Notes: generated from the sequence alone by a model not told the origin. Numbered from the stretch's first letter, positions 49,709-59,611 are shown. The stretch is 64,000 nt of DNA from an uncultured bacterium (GCA_943787795.1 CALSNU010000006.1:320001-384000); one strand, 5' to 3'. Numbers and translations are program-made.

Positions 49709-51508
49709 TCAGCGGCCCCCCGTGACGCTCCCGACCCCGGCGACCGGATCCACCAGCTCCTCGATGGGCACCGATTGGAAGACCACGCTCCCCGAGCTGG
49801 CCCGATACATCACGCCCACGGAGTCGACGTCCGCCATGGCGAGCCCAGGGCCGCCGACGGCCCTCCCATCGTCCAAGACCACCTCCCGGTGGGCCGGCCA
49901 ACGCTGGCCGCCATCATTGGAACCCCGAACCGACATGCGCAGGGGGGGCTTGCGGGGTACGGCGGCGTTGGCCGAGATGAGGCGACCGTCCATGGCGCTG
50001 GTGAGCTCACGGCCCACGTGCATCAGGGCCGCCGCGCCGCCCGCGCAGGGCAGCAAGGGCTCCGGCGGTCGAACGGGCGCCCTCCACGCCCCGTCGATCT
50101 CTCGCCAGAGGCGCAGCTCGCGCGACGCTTGACGCAGACTGGCCGCGGACACCAGGACCGCCCCGTCCCCCAGCTCCGCGTACGACGCCGCCGAGCGACC
50201 CCGGGGCCCGAGCGTGATGAACGAGGTCCCGCCGCGACGGGACTCTCGCAGGAGCACAGGGCGCCTCGAGGTGCCGGGGCCTCTGATCTCCAGGGGCCAA
50301 AGCCACTCGCCGCCGCTGGCAGCGATCCCGCGGCCGCCCGAAGAGACAATGGTCCGCTGCGAGAGGTCCACCTCTCTCCCCGCCGCGTCGACGCCGATCC
50401 GAGGGATCTGAAGCGGCTCTGGCGTCGACCAGGTGCGGCCGCCGTCGGCGCTGCTGAGCACCACGAGCGCGGGCGCCGCGCCCTCCGCGCCAGCTCCTCT
50501 CAAGGGCGCGGGAATCTGGCAGAGCAATCGAAACGCGCCAGTGCGCCCGTCAAAGAGGAGCGCAGGCGCGTCGATCGGAACCTGCCACGTCCCTGCGCGA
50601 CCGGCGATTCGCAACGCACCCACATCCCAGGTTCGACCCCCGTCCACGCTCCGGGCCACCGTCGCGGGGCCAGGGGCGCTCACCTCGCCGGTGAAGGGGG
50701 CGAAGGCCCCGCCGTCGAGGATGTCATCCGCCGCCTCATCGTTGTCGGCACCGTTGATCGCAAGGACCGCAAGCACCACGAAGTCTCCCCCAAGTCGCCC
50801 CCCGGCCATCGCCGCGGCGGGGAGCTTCCCACCGCCCCGCGGCGACGGGGCCGGCGGACCTGACAAAGGGGTCGCTTTGGAATCCAGCTGCCCGGAGGCC
50901 GTTGCGGCGAACGCTGCCGGCGCGTGAAGCGAGACCGCCAGGCGGGAGACCACGTCGCTGAGCATGTCCAGCCGCCCCGTCTCCTCCGAGCCCAGCTCGA
51001 GCCGCCACTGGATCGGCCCCTCCAGGTCGAGCTCCGCCGCGTCTGGCGCGGCCTCGAGCCGGGCGTGGAGGACCATGTTGATCCGCGACGGGACCGGATC
51101 CACGGCGCCGGCCGGGAGCACGAGCGTCGAAGCCCCTAGCGAACTACTGCCGCCCAGGCCTCCGCCCGGGTAGGACAAGGTCGCGCTGAGGGCGGCCACC
51201 TTGACACCCTCGGGGAGCGCCACCGCGCTCAACCGCAGGCCCTGGAGGACCCTGGACTGGAGCTCGCCCCCGTCCGCGGTGTTCACGGTGGCAATGGGCA
51301 CCGAGCGGCCAAGCTCCAGCGGTCGCACCAGCCACTCCACGCCCTCGGCGGGGACCTGACTGTACCCGAATCCCGTGAACACGTAGAAGGACTCGGGCCC
51401 TTCCGCCTCGGCCACTGCCTGCCGGCAGAAGCCGACCGTGGAGAGCGCGAGCCAGAGCGCAGGGACGAGCGCCCATCCGGCGGCGTGCGGCCCGCGGCCG
51501 AGGGGCAT
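49709..51508 (-). CDS. exported sialidase-like (BNR/Asp-box) beta-propeller protein
   Basis: Signal peptide; Asp boxes SVDGGRTW, SADGGRTW, SNDGGQRW; TGATG overlap with eboB. Confidence 0.7.
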   Translation of the reverse strand: MPLGRGPHAAGWALVPALWLALSTVGFCRQAVAEAEGPESFYVFTGFGYSQVPAEGVEWLVRPLELGRSVPIATVNTADGGELQSRVLQGLRLSAVALPEGVKVAALSATLSYPGGGLGGSSSLGASTLVLPAGAVDPVPSRINMVLHARLEAAPDAAELDLEGPIQWRLELGSEETGRLDMLSDVVSRLAVSLHAPAAFAATASGQLDSKATPLSGPPAPSPRGGGKLPAAAMAGGRLGGDFVVLAVLAINGADNDEAADDILDGGAFAPFTGEVSAPGPATVARSVDGGRTWDVGALRIAGRAGTWQVPIDAPALLFDGRTGAFRLLCQIPAPLRGAGAEGAAPALVVLSSADGGRTWSTPEPLQIPRIGVDAAGREVDLSQRTIVSSGGRGIAASGGEWLWPLEIRGPGTSRRPVLLRESRRGGTSFITLGPRGRSAASYAELGDGAVLVSAASLRQASRELRLWREIDGAWRAPVRPPEPLLPCAGGAAALMHVGRELTSAMDGRLISANAAVPRKPPLRMSVRGSNDGGQRWPAHREVVLDDGRAVGGPGLAMADVDSVGVMYRASSGSVVFQSVPIEELVDPVAGVGSVTGGR

Positions 51509-52413
51509 CAGTTGGGCACCTCGCCGTCGACGCGGGCCGGCTGGCCGCGGAGGACCGAGTTGTCGCTGAAGAGCTCGCGCTGGTCCACGACGACGGCCTC
51601 CCCGAGGGCGTCCATGTCGATCTGCCCGGAGTAGCCGTAGGCCTTCGCGGCGTTGCCCCAGGTGGCCTGCTCCACGGCCTCGGGGGAGACCCCCTGGTCG
51701 AGCATCATCTTGGCGGTCTTGGGCACCGAGAGCGGATCGCTGACGCCCCAGTCGCAGGAGCTGTCCACGATGAAGCGCTCGGCGCCGTACTTCTTGGTGA
51801 GGTCCACCATCCGCTGGGAACCCATCTTGGTGTGCGGATAGATCGTGAACGCCGCCCACGCCCCCGCGTCGAGGACGTCCTCGACGGTCTCCTCGTTGTT
51901 GTGGTCGATGACCAGCTTCTCCATGTCGATGCCGATCTCCTTCGCCACGTCGAGGGACCGGATGATCCCGCGCTTCTTGTCCCGGTGCGGGGAGTGGACC
52001 ATCACGACCATGTCGTGGTCCTTGGCGAACTGGAGCTGCCACTGGTAGGCCTTCTCCTCGGCCTCGGTGATCTCGTCGTAGCCGATCTCGCCGATGGCGA
52101 CCACGCCCTCCTTCAGGGCGAAGCGCGGGAGGATCTCCAGCACCTCGCGAGCGAGGCCCTCGTCGTTGGCCTCCTTGGAGTTCAGGCCGATGGCGCAGTA
52201 GTGGGTGATGCCGAACTGCGACGCGCGGAAGCGCTCCCAGCCCACCAGGCTCGAGTAGTAGTCGATGAAGGAGCCGACGTTGGTGCGCGGCTGGCCCAGC
52301 CAGAAGGCCGGCTCGATGAGCGCGCGGACTCCGGCGGCGGCCATGCGCTCGTAGTCGTCGGTGGTCCGCGACGTCATGTGCGCGTGCGGATCGAAGAAGC
52401 GTGCCTTGTCCAT
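51508..52413 (-). CDS. eboB: TatD-family hydrolase EboB
   Basis: DPHAHMTSRTTDDY, EPAFWLGQPRT, WERFRASQFG, DWGVSDPL; adjacent to eboA. Confidence 0.85.
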   Translation of the reverse strand: MDKARFFDPHAHMTSRTTDDYERMAAAGVRALIEPAFWLGQPRTNVGSFIDYYSSLVGWERFRASQFGITHYCAIGLNSKEANDEGLAREVLEILPRFALKEGVVAIGEIGYDEITEAEEKAYQWQLQFAKDHDMVVMVHSPHRDKKRGIIRSLDVAKEIGIDMEKLVIDHNNEETVEDVLDAGAWAAFTIYPHTKMGSQRMVDLTKKYGAERFIVDSSCDWGVSDPLSVPKTAKMMLDQGVSPEAVEQATWGNAAKAYGYSGQIDMDALGEAVVVDQRELFSDNSVLRGQPARVDGEVPN

Positions 52414-52442
52414 GGGTCGAGGTGCGCGCGGGAAGCGGCGGG

Positions 52443-53396
52443 TCAGTCGGCGGAGGCCTGTTCGGGAGTGGGCGTCGCGCCCTCGGGAATGGAGACCGCG
52501 CCAAAGGCGGCCTGTGCGTGGTGGCCCGCGAGGGCCGAGCGAGTCGTCTCGAGGAGTCGCCCGCTGGACGACGCCTCCAGGACGCGGAGCCGATCCTGAC
52601 AACCCAGGCGGCCGAGGGCCAGCGCCGCTCCGCAGCTGGAGAGCTCATCGTCCCCCCCCAGCTCAGCATCAAGCGCCACCAGTGCCCGAGGGGTGGGCTC
52701 GCCCCTCAGGCACATCCAGAGCTCGGGGGTGATCGAGCGGCCGGCGGCCCGGCGTTCCTCCACGAGATCCAGGGCCATCCGACCGAGCTCCGCGTCGACC
52801 CGCTGATCAAACCCGGAGACTCGCCAGAGCGGGGCCCCGCTGAAGAGCGCCTTGACGCAGAGCTGCCGCCAACCGACGTCATCCAGGTGAGCCACCGGGA
52901 AGGCGGTGTCACAGCCGTTGGCCTCGAACACGCTCATCATATTGGTCCGGCACCCCTCACCGGCTCGCCACGCGAAGCGCTCCGGGCCTGGCAAGAACTG
53001 CAGGCTGCGATAGAGGGCGCACAGCTCACCCTCATCGGCGAACCGAAACGCCTCCTCGATGGCGCCGGGGAGCGAGTCTGCATCGGCCGCGGCGCGGGCG
53101 AGGACCCAGCGGACCCGCACCGCCTCGAGCCCGGTCCAACGCTCTGGATTCCAGCCCTCGAGCAGCCCGGCAGCGGCCTCGCTGGCCTCCGCGGAGGGCT
53201 CCAGCCGCCCGCGCGGCGCGAAGCGGCTCGCGAGCGAGAGCGTCTGCGCAAAGCTCGCGTCGCTGAGCTCACCGCCGGAGGCCCTGCGGATCTCGGCGTC
53301 CGACCACTCCACAGCCTTGCTGTGCCCGCCTACCACGAGGGCATCGCGGATCCACTGGTCCACGCCCTGGAGGTGCTCAGTCATCGGAGGAGTCAT
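52443..53396 (-). CDS. eboA: EboA domain protein
   Basis: ELCALYRSL, EGCRTN, WRQLCVKALF, ELGRMA..ERRAAGR. Confidence 0.8.
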   Translation of the reverse strand: MTPPMTEHLQGVDQWIRDALVVGGHSKAVEWSDAEIRRASGGELSDASFAQTLSLASRFAPRGRLEPSAEASEAAAGLLEGWNPERWTGLEAVRVRWVLARAAADADSLPGAIEEAFRFADEGELCALYRSLQFLPGPERFAWRAGEGCRTNMMSVFEANGCDTAFPVAHLDDVGWRQLCVKALFSGAPLWRVSGFDQRVDAELGRMALDLVEERRAAGRSITPELWMCLRGEPTPRALVALDAELGGDDELSSCGAALALGRLGCQDRLRVLEASSSGRLLETTRSALAGHHAQAAFGAVSIPEGATPTPEQASAD

Positions 53397-54645
53397 GCTT
53401 GGATGTCGCAGGTCCAGGGACGCCCTCGAGCAGGGAGAGCGCCATGAAGGCCGTGGACGCGTTGATGAGGTACTGGGTGTCGAGGAAGTCGCTGGTGGAG
53501 CCGTTCGCGCGCTGGGTCTTGGTGAGCTGCGGCCGAAGGAGCCCGTGCAGGGGCTCTTGTTCGTCCTCCGGGAGCAGCGAGATCACCTTCGCAGCGTAGT
53601 AGTGCGCGAAGAAGTAGAAGTAGCCCGCGTTGGCGTGGAAGCCCTCATGGGGGATGGGTCGAAGCCGCGCGTGATCCAGGTAGCGATGCTCGCGGAAGAA
53701 CGCGCCGAGGCCCTCGCGGAGAACCTCATCCGTCACTCGCCGATCCCCCATCAGCCGGCGGCACCAGTTGCCGACCTGGGTGCGGCCGAGGCTCCCTTCG
53801 ATCCGGTTGATGTGCTCGACCCCCCCCATCCGAGTCACGGGGTCCAGGTCGTAGCTGTACGCCCCACCGGGGATGACACACATGTCCAGGTACCGCTGCG
53901 CCCGCCGGATCACGTCCTTGGGCACCTCGACGCCGACCGCGCCGGCGCGTGCGAGGGTCGGGAGCACCAGAGCCGTGCAGAAGCTGGTGGCCCATGTGGG
54001 CTGCCTGGTGAACGGCGGGTCGTCGTAGTACGCCCACCCGCCAGAGGTCGCCTGGTGGGACAGGAGCACCCCCACGAAGAAGCGCGCCCGCTCAAGGAGC
54101 CTGGCGTCATCCGAGAAGCGCGGGTCTTCGAGGAGCTCGATGGTGGCCACGGTCCCGTAGAGCGCGGTCCACACGTAGTCGATGTCCCAATCGCTGTCGC
54201 GGGCCGGGAAGGGCGTGGTCACGAGCCACGCCAGCGCGGCGTCCAGCGCTTGTCGCCGCTCCGGGGTCTCCTCCGCCGCGCGCAGCGCCATGCAGGCCAG
54301 GGCCTGGCTCGCCATGCGCCAGGCCTTGAAGGAGTTCAGCGCGTAGCCCTCCTCGAAGAGCTGCGGGGCGTTGTCTCCCCAGGAGCCGTCCGGGTTCTGC
54401 TCCGTCACCAGGTAGCCAATGGCGCGATTGGCGGACACGATCGCCTCCTCACGGGAGAGCGAGCGAGGGACCGCCCGCGGCTCCTGCGCCGCAGTGGCTG
54501 TGCGCTCCTGGGGCGGCGCCGCCGCCGGTTCCTGGACGGCGACCCCGGCAAATCTTGAGGCAACTCCTCCGGCGATGGCGCGCGCCGGCCCAGGCGGGAG
54601 CATCGCCGCCGCGACAGCCAGCATCGAGAGCATCGGAGCCATCAC
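53377..54645 (-). CDS. exported prenyltransferase/squalene-oxidase (QW) repeat protein
   Basis: YLVTEQNPDGSW, QATSGGWAY, TQRANGS; signal peptide. Confidence 0.7.
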   Translation of the reverse strand: MMAPMLSMLAVAAAMLPPGPARAIAGGVASRFAGVAVQEPAAAPPQERTATAAQEPRAVPRSLSREEAIVSANRAIGYLVTEQNPDGSWGDNAPQLFEEGYALNSFKAWRMASQALACMALRAAEETPERRQALDAALAWLVTTPFPARDSDWDIDYVWTALYGTVATIELLEDPRFSDDARLLERARFFVGVLLSHQATSGGWAYYDDPPFTRQPTWATSFCTALVLPTLARAGAVGVEVPKDVIRRAQRYLDMCVIPGGAYSYDLDPVTRMGGVEHINRIEGSLGRTQVGNWCRRLMGDRRVTDEVLREGLGAFFREHRYLDHARLRPIPHEGFHANAGYFYFFAHYYAAKVISLLPEDEQEPLHGLLRPQLTKTQRANGSTSDFLDTQYLINASTAFMALSLLEGVPGPATSKHDSSDD

Positions 54646-55529
54646 TGATCGCCTGAGGCCGCAGCGCCCGGAGAGGCTTCGCCATCGGCAGCGCTGCCGG
54701 ATTCCACGGACGGCCCCTCGGCAGCCGCCGCCTCGGCCTTCGCCTTGGCGGCCTTGAGCCGCTTGCGGAGCTGGGCGCGCTCCTTCTCGGCCTTGGACGA
54801 GGCCTTGCGGGCGTCCGCCTCCTCACTCTTCGCCACGCCCACATCCAGGGTGGCGCGGCGCTTGGACTGCTCGGCCTTCGCCTCTGCCGCCGCGAGCTTG
54901 GCCTCAGCCGCTCGGACCGCCTCCGAGAGCTTAGCCATGCGCGCGGGGAGCTCCCCCTCCACGACCATGGCTTGCTTCAGCTGGGCGTGCTCGACCCGCT
55001 GCTTGGCGGTCTGAACCGCGATCTGGTTACGGCGGATGATCTCGTCCTTGGCCCGTGCCTCCGACTCCTCCTCGAAGATCTCGAGGATGCCGAGCAGGTC
55101 CGTCTCGGCGACCCGCAGGCGCTCCTGCGCCTGGCCCACGCTCAGCTCGGCCTCACCCACCTTGACCGGTCGCTCCATGGCGTCGAAGCGGGCCCTGTCC
55201 GCCCGCGCCACCTCCAGACCCACCCGGGCGGCGCGAACCGCCTCATCTGCGCCACGCGCCGTGGCCGCCGCAGCGAGCTCGGCCAGCTCCCGCTCAGCGG
55301 TCTTGAGACGCACCGCCCGCCGCGCCTCGGTGAAGCCCTTGTCCGCAGCCGACGCTCGCTTCTCCAGCTTGGCGAGGCCCGCCTCCGCCGCATTGCGACT
55401 GCCCTGATCGCCGGAGGCACCGGGCTCGGCGGACCCGTCCACCGCCACTTGGGCCGGGGCCGATTCCTGGGGAGGGGCGCTCTGGCAGGCAACGGCGAGC
55501 AGGACGAGAAGTGGCGTCGTACGGATCAT
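54642..55529 (-). CDS. coiled-coil putative lipoprotein
   Basis: LAVAC lipobox-like, long A/E/K/R helical region. Confidence 0.65.
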   Translation of the reverse strand: MIRTTPLLVLLAVACQSAPPQESAPAQVAVDGSAEPGASGDQGSRNAAEAGLAKLEKRASAADKGFTEARRAVRLKTAERELAELAAAATARGADEAVRAARVGLEVARADRARFDAMERPVKVGEAELSVGQAQERLRVAETDLLGILEIFEEESEARAKDEIIRRNQIAVQTAKQRVEHAQLKQAMVVEGELPARMAKLSEAVRAAEAKLAAAEAKAEQSKRRATLDVGVAKSEEADARKASSKAEKERAQLRKRLKAAKAKAEAAAAEGPSVESGSAADGEASPGAAASGDQ

Positions 55530-55731
55530 GGCGTGGAGTCGGTGACGGGGGTGCTGGCCCAAAGGCGCCTCGGAGCGGCGCGCTTGGGAAATCATGATGG
55601 ACCAGCGCATCGACACTGCAACGCGCATTTGGGAGACTCCTGTGCGCTTTTGCCCCCCCCGCGCTGGCGAGCCCTTCCAGCCAAGCCCTCCGACCCCGCC
55701 CCTCTGACCCGGCCCAGCCGGGGAGCCCACG

Positions 55732-57363
55732 ATGACCCACGGCGTCTTCCGAGTCCCCACCCCCGAGAACGAACCGGTCCGCGCCTACGCGCCGGGGTCC
55801 CCCGAGCGGGCCAGCCTCGCCGCCACGGTGGCCTCCATGTCCGCCGAGACCATCGAGATCCCGCTGATCATCGGCGGCAAGGAGGTGCGCACCGGGAACA
55901 CCGTCGATGTGGTCATGCCCCACAAGCACGGGCACGTGATCGCAAAGGCCCACATGGGCGGCGCCGCGGAAGCCCAGCTGGCCATTGACGCCGCGGAGGC
56001 CGCCCGCGGTGCCTGGGCAGGGCTGCCATGGGAAGAGCGCGCCGCGGTGCTGCTCCGCGCCGCCGACCTGCTGGTCGGACCGTGGCGGGACCGGATCAAC
56101 GCCTCGACGATGATCGGACAGTCCAAGACGTGTCACCAGGCGGAAATCGACGCGGCCTGCGAGATGGCGGACTTCTTCCGCTTCAATGCCCAGTACGCCA
56201 CCCAGCTCTACGAGGAGCAGCCGGGCTCGGCCCCCGGCCTCTGGAACCGCCTCGAGCACCGCCCGCTGGACGGATTTGTGCTCGCGATCACCCCGTTCAA
56301 CTTCACCTCGATCGCCGGCAACCTTTGCACCGCGCCGGCGCTCATGGGGAACACCATCCTCTGGAAGCCCTCCACCACGGCGCTCCTGAGCAACTGGTAC
56401 ACCATGAAGCTGCTGGAGGCCGCGGGCATGCCCCCTGGCGTCATCAACTTTGTGCCGGGCAGCGGCCCCGCCATTGGCGGCGTGGCGATCCCCGATCGGC
56501 GCCTCGGCGGGGTCCACTTCACGGGCTCCACCGCCACCTTCCAGCACATCTGGAAGACGGTCGGCGAGAACATCCAGGGCTACGGGCAGTACCCCCGCCT
56601 GGTCGGAGAGACGGGCGGCAAGGACTTCGTCTTCGTGCACCCCACGGCCTGCGGCGCCCGCGAGGTCGCGGTCGCCCTCGCGCGCGGCTCCTTTGAATTC
56701 CAGGGACAGAAGTGCTCGGCTGCGAGCCGTGCCTACGTGCCCAAGAGCATGTGGCCTGCCGTGTCGAAGGAGCTGACCGAGATCGTCGGCGAGATGACGA
56801 TGGGAGACGTCGCGGACTTCACGAACTTCCTCGGCGCCGTCATCGACGCCCGCTCGTTCAACAAGCTCAAGGAGGTCATCGACCGCGCCAACGCGGAGGC
56901 CAACGTGGACGTGATCACCGGCGGCACCTGCGACGATTCCGAGGGCTACTTCGTAAGCCCCACCGTGGCCGTCGTTCAGGACCCCAAGCACGACCTGATG
57001 CGCACCGAGTTCTTCGGGCCGCTGCTCACGATCTACGTCTACGACGACGACCGCGTGGAGGAGACGCTGGAGCTCTGCGCCACGACCTCTCCGTATGCCC
57101 TCACAGGGGCCATCTTCGCCGATGACCGCTACGCGGTGCGGCAGGCCGTGGACGCTCTGCGTTATGCGGCGGGCAACTTCTACATCAACGACAAGCCCAC
57201 GGGCGCCGTCGTCGGCCAGCAGCCCTTCGGCGGCTCGCGTGCGTCGGGCACCAATGACAAGGCCGGCTCCATCCTGAACCTGCTGCGCTGGGTCAGCCCC
57301 CGCACGATCAAGGAGACCTTCGCGCCGCCCACGGACTGGACCTACCCGTTCCTCGGGAACTGA
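55732..57363 (+). CDS. pruA: 1-pyrroline-5-carboxylate dehydrogenase
   Basis: NEPVRAYAPGSPER, QAEIDAACE, FTGST, GETGGK, GQKCSA, NDKAGS. Confidence 0.95.
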   Translation: MTHGVFRVPTPENEPVRAYAPGSPERASLAATVASMSAETIEIPLIIGGKEVRTGNTVDVVMPHKHGHVIAKAHMGGAAEAQLAIDAAEAARGAWAGLPWEERAAVLLRAADLLVGPWRDRINASTMIGQSKTCHQAEIDAACEMADFFRFNAQYATQLYEEQPGSAPGLWNRLEHRPLDGFVLAITPFNFTSIAGNLCTAPALMGNTILWKPSTTALLSNWYTMKLLEAAGMPPGVINFVPGSGPAIGGVAIPDRRLGGVHFTGSTATFQHIWKTVGENIQGYGQYPRLVGETGGKDFVFVHPTACGAREVAVALARGSFEFQGQKCSAASRAYVPKSMWPAVSKELTEIVGEMTMGDVADFTNFLGAVIDARSFNKLKEVIDRANAEANVDVITGGTCDDSEGYFVSPTVAVVQDPKHDLMRTEFFGPLLTIYVYDDDRVEETLELCATTSPYALTGAIFADDRYAVRQAVDALRYAAGNFYINDKPTGAVVGQQPFGGSRASGTNDKAGSILNLLRWVSPRTIKETFAPPTDWTYPFLGN

Positions 57364-57417
57364 CGCCAGGGCACTCCGCGGCCTTCGCAGCCCGGTCCAC
57401 ACGGGCCAATCCCATGA

Positions 57418-57449
57418 GCGCGCCCGCCCCTTTCGAGGAGCGGGCGCGC
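57418..57449 (+). other. GC-rich stem-loop with TTCG loop downstream of pruA (no U tract)
   Basis: gcgcgcccgc-ccct-ttcg-agga-gcgggcgcgc. Confidence 0.55.
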
Positions 57450-57554
57450 GCTCCATTGGGGCCCCTGGCCAGCTCGGCCGGAGGGAGGGCCTGGATTCGC
57501 GGGGCTCCGACTCCACGCGAGGAGTCCCGGCCAACGACCTCGGCAGGACTCCCA

Positions 57555-57619
57555 GCTGGCCGGGCCCGCTGGCAGGACTCGCTGGCTGGGCTCGCTGGCT
57601 GGGCTTGCTGGCTGGGCTT
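57555..57619. repeat. intergenic 13-bp tandem array with GCTGG core (5 units)
   Basis: GCTGG at 57555, 57568, 57581, 57594, 57607. Confidence 0.8.
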
Positions 57620-57756
57620 GATGTTCGGAGCCTCTGGCCAAGCGAACAGGCCGGGCTCGTCAGCCTCCAATCCTGGCCCGCCGGAGCAGCGCCACTGACA
57701 GGACTGGTTGGGATGACTCTCTCGAGCCCCTTTGACAGCGCTCCCTGTTCGCCGAG

Positions 57757-57864
57757 GTCACCGTTCACTGACTTCACCGTTCACTGGGTTCACCGCCACT
57801 GGGTTCACCGCCACTGGGTCCACCGCCACGGGGTCCACCGCTTACCGGACCCACCGTCCATTGG
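57757..57864. repeat. intergenic 15-16-bp tandem array
   Basis: ttcaccgccactggg-like units; caccg recurs about 7 times. Confidence 0.8.
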
Positions 57865-57888
57865 CTCCCCGTCCCGGGGGTGGCGCCC

Positions 57889-58695
57889 TCACCCAGGCCG
57901 CCGCGCGATGACGTCGACGATCATCGGCGAGAACAGCAGCGCGTCTGGATTCCGGGCCAGCGCCGCCCACTCCTCGTCAAAGCTCTCGACCTCCTCCTCG
58001 CTCATGAGCCCCGCCTCGGCGTAGGTCCGCACGAAGGTCGGGAAGAAGGCGTCCAGCCAGCGGAACACGGGAGATTCCCCGTTGCCGGCCCGGACGTGGG
58101 GTCGGATCTCCTCGAGCTCGAACCCCGAGCGGCGAAGGGGTCCTGGGAGCCGGGCCGCCACCCAGGGATCCCCGCCTGCGCCGCGATAGAAGGCCCGCGT
58201 GGCCCGGATGGCCGCCTCGAACCCCGCGCTCTCGGGGAAGACCGAGACGCCCTCGTGGTTGTAGTCCTGAATCACGAGCACGCCCCCTGGCTTCAGGGCG
58301 CGCCGCAGCTTGGCGAGCACCGGATCCAGGTCCCCGAGGAAGCTGAACACCCAGCGGCTGAAGATGCAGTCGAAGCGCGCCTCCCCGAGGTCCGCCTCCT
58401 CGATCGTGGACTCGATGAACGTCACGGGCGCCGCGTAGTCGCGGGCCTCGAAGGCGGCCCGCCAGACCGGCGATTCGTCCAGACCGGTGACGTGCCCGGT
58501 GGCCCCGACCCGCGCGGCGAGGTCCCGGGTCACAAAGCCCGGACCAGCCCCCAGGTCGAGCACCATGTCCCCGGGCCCCACCCCGGCGCGATCAAGGGCG
58601 TCGGAGGCCAGGTCGCTCCAGACCCCGTGCTGGGCCTCGAGACGTTGGAGCTCACGGTCATTGGTGCCCAGGAGATACTCGGGGGTTTCGGACAT
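57889..58695 (-). CDS. class I SAM-dependent methyltransferase
   Basis: YLLG..ELQRL, VLDLGAGPG, ALKPGG. Confidence 0.9.
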   Translation of the reverse strand: MSETPEYLLGTNDRELQRLEAQHGVWSDLASDALDRAGVGPGDMVLDLGAGPGFVTRDLAARVGATGHVTGLDESPVWRAAFEARDYAAPVTFIESTIEEADLGEARFDCIFSRWVFSFLGDLDPVLAKLRRALKPGGVLVIQDYNHEGVSVFPESAGFEAAIRATRAFYRGAGGDPWVAARLPGPLRRSGFELEEIRPHVRAGNGESPVFRWLDAFFPTFVRTYAEAGLMSEEEVESFDEEWAALARNPDALLFSPMIVDVIARRPG

Positions 58696-58701
58696 GGCCG
58701 A

Positions 58702-58711
58702 AGGGTACTAT
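58702..58711. promoter_or_regulatory. candidate overlapping bidirectional -10 elements
   Basis: TACTAT on + (58706-58711) and TACCCT on - (58707-58702) in the 25-bp gap between divergent starts. Confidence 0.5.
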
Positions 58712-58720
58712 CGCTTCAAC

Positions 58721-59611
58721 GTGGAAGGGCCCCCTCGACCCCAGCAGCCGACGAATCCTCGGCCGACCCCGAGGCTCACCGTGGAGGATCACTCGCGGGA
58801 TGCCGCGGGTCTGACGTACGTCTACCCGGTCATCTCCCGTCGCTCCGGCGGTGTCTCGGTGGGGATCAACCTGAACCCGAACAACGCGTGCAACTGGGCC
58901 TGCGCCTATTGCCAGGTGGAGGGGTTGGTGCGAGGGGCCGCACCGGCCATCGACCTCGAACAGCTGAGCACCGAGCTCGCCGGCTTCCTCGACCTCGCCA
59001 GCACCGACGCCTGGATGGAGGTGCACGCGCCCGACGGGGCCCGCAAGATCACGGACATCGCCATCTCAGGAAACGGAGAGCCCACCACCTGCGACCAGTT
59101 CGCAGAGGTCCTCGAGCGCGTGATCGAGGTCCGCGGCGAGCGAGGGCTCGAGGTCCCGACGGTCCTGATCACCAACGGCTCCCGGGTCCATACGGACGGG
59201 GTCCAGGCCGGTCTGCGCGCCATGGCGAGAGCCCAGGGCCAGGTCTGGTTCAAGCTGGACCGCGTCACCGCAGCAGGGCGCCTGGAGGTCAACCGAATCC
59301 AGGGTGGAGCGGACCGCGCTGCAGATCAGCTCGCGCTCGCGGCATCATGCTGCCCGACCCGCGTCCAGACCTGCATGTTCACCGTCGACGGTCAGCCCCC
59401 GGACGAGGACGAACTGGAAGCCTACCTGGAGTTCCTTCGAGGCCAGGTCCGAGCCGGGACCTCCCTCGAGGGCGTCACGCTCTACGGGCTCGCCCGGCCC
59501 TCGATGCAGCCTGGCGCCGAGCGTCTCGGCCGGGTCGACGCCGCGTGGCTCGAGACCTTCGCTGAGCGTGTCCGTGTGGCGACCGGCCTGCCCGTGGCGG
59601 CCCACCCGTGA
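58721..59611 (+). CDS. radical SAM protein (paralog 1)
   Basis: YVYPVISRRSGG, CNWACAYC, SGNGEPT, WFKLD; GTG start inferred. Confidence 0.88.
   Translation: MEGPPRPQQPTNPRPTPRLTVEDHSRDAAGLTYVYPVISRRSGGVSVGINLNPNNACNWACAYCQVEGLVRGAAPAIDLEQLSTELAGFLDLASTDAWMEVHAPDGARKITDIAISGNGEPTTCDQFAEVLERVIEVRGERGLEVPTVLITNGSRVHTDGVQAGLRAMARAQGQVWFKLDRVTAAGRLEVNRIQGGADRAADQLALAASCCPTRVQTCMFTVDGQPPDEDELEAYLEFLRGQVRAGTSLEGVTLYGLARPSMQPGAERLGRVDAAWLETFAERVRVATGLPVAAHP

Noticed and set aside
49709..52672. 987-aa ORF as one protein
   Set aside because: Its N-terminal part is an alternate frame of eboB; the real gene likely starts at 51508.
55294..57777. Long antisense ORFs (827 aa here; also 2265-4151, 25091-26851 and others)
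   Set aside because: Shadow ORFs expected opposite real genes in GC-rich DNA; no motifs.
58694..58720. ATG at 58694 as radical SAM start
   Set aside because: Overlaps the divergent methyltransferase start codon; GTG 58721 fits the -10 box better.
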